A stretch of DNA of 64,000 nt, from contig DATGLG010000012.1 of NCBI GenBank assembly GCA_035294245.1, forward strand, positions 123,270-187,269, in the 5' to 3' direction. A program made the translations under genes and the position numbers. The DNA comes from Alphaproteobacteria bacterium. Lineage in GTDB: Bacteria > Pseudomonadota > Alphaproteobacteria > JACZXZ01. The first letter of the stretch is position 1; every line of letters starts with the position of its first letter. Positions 62,328 to 64,000 of the stretch are shown one piece after another. The notes under the pieces are model-generated. The model worked only from the letters and a program-made list of their open reading frames with translations, made no database searches and was not told the origin of the DNA.

Positions 62328-62348
62328 GCGCTTGCCGCCTTGCTTGCC

Positions 62349-64000
<1,652 letters not shown>

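Noticed and set aside
62283-62348. Cobalamin riboswitch upstream of bluB
   Set aside because: The spacer is only 66 nt, far shorter than the element.

Overview
This is a visibly GC-rich chromosomal segment of alphaproteobacterial type, with third codon positions almost all G/C. All family assignments come from reading the translations and recalling family motifs. No searches were run. I see no rRNA, tRNA, CRISPR array, integrase or transposase. The window is densely packed with genes, and the largest spacer is about 250 bp.

Layout:
- 1-13.4 kb: flagellar basal-body and export cluster (fliF cut by the window edge, fliG, fliH, fliN, motA, flbD, flhA, flhF, flhG, then a Pro/Ala-rich FliK-like gene). 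fliJ and fliI lie convergent to it.
- 13.6-21.1 kb: ctrA, then a minus-strand array chpT-cheA-cheW-cheY-cheB-cheR whose che genes have overlapping stop and start codons.
- 21.2-29.2 kb: a DUF3553-like mini-ORF with no canonical start codon, a DUF2478 plus DUF4213/DUF364 fusion, an LpxD-like / NodF-like ACP / NodE-like ketosynthase / large patatin block, and an HtrA-like PDZ protein whose catalytic triad appears to be lost.
- 29.3-34.3 kb: MFS transporter, aldo-keto reductase, Zn-ADH, cupin and XRE-cupin regulator.
- 34.4-41.3 kb: molybdenum/tungsten island (mobA, fdhD, WtpABC-type transporter, TunR-like regulator, moaA).
- 41.3-50.1 kb: two small exported proteins, nadK, an argE-like gene, an AstE/AspA-like gene, an SDR, two acyl-CoA synthetases and a Sel1 protein.
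- 50.1-57.1 kb: an eight-gene minus-strand array (cyclophilin-like, creatininase-like, NitT/TauT ABC transporter, GT9, class II aldolase, Rieske oxygenase).
- 57.4-60.6 kb: an OmpR-type two-component pair coupled to a DSD1-type PLP enzyme.
- 60.6-64.0 kb: an orphan ATP-grasp-like ORF, bluB, and thiC cut by the window edge.

The most unusual item is cheA. It encodes a CheA-REC hybrid kinase in which the P2 region is replaced by a domain that reads as a group-I truncated (2-on-2) haemoglobin. This suggests a haem-based gas or redox input built directly into the chemotaxis kinase.
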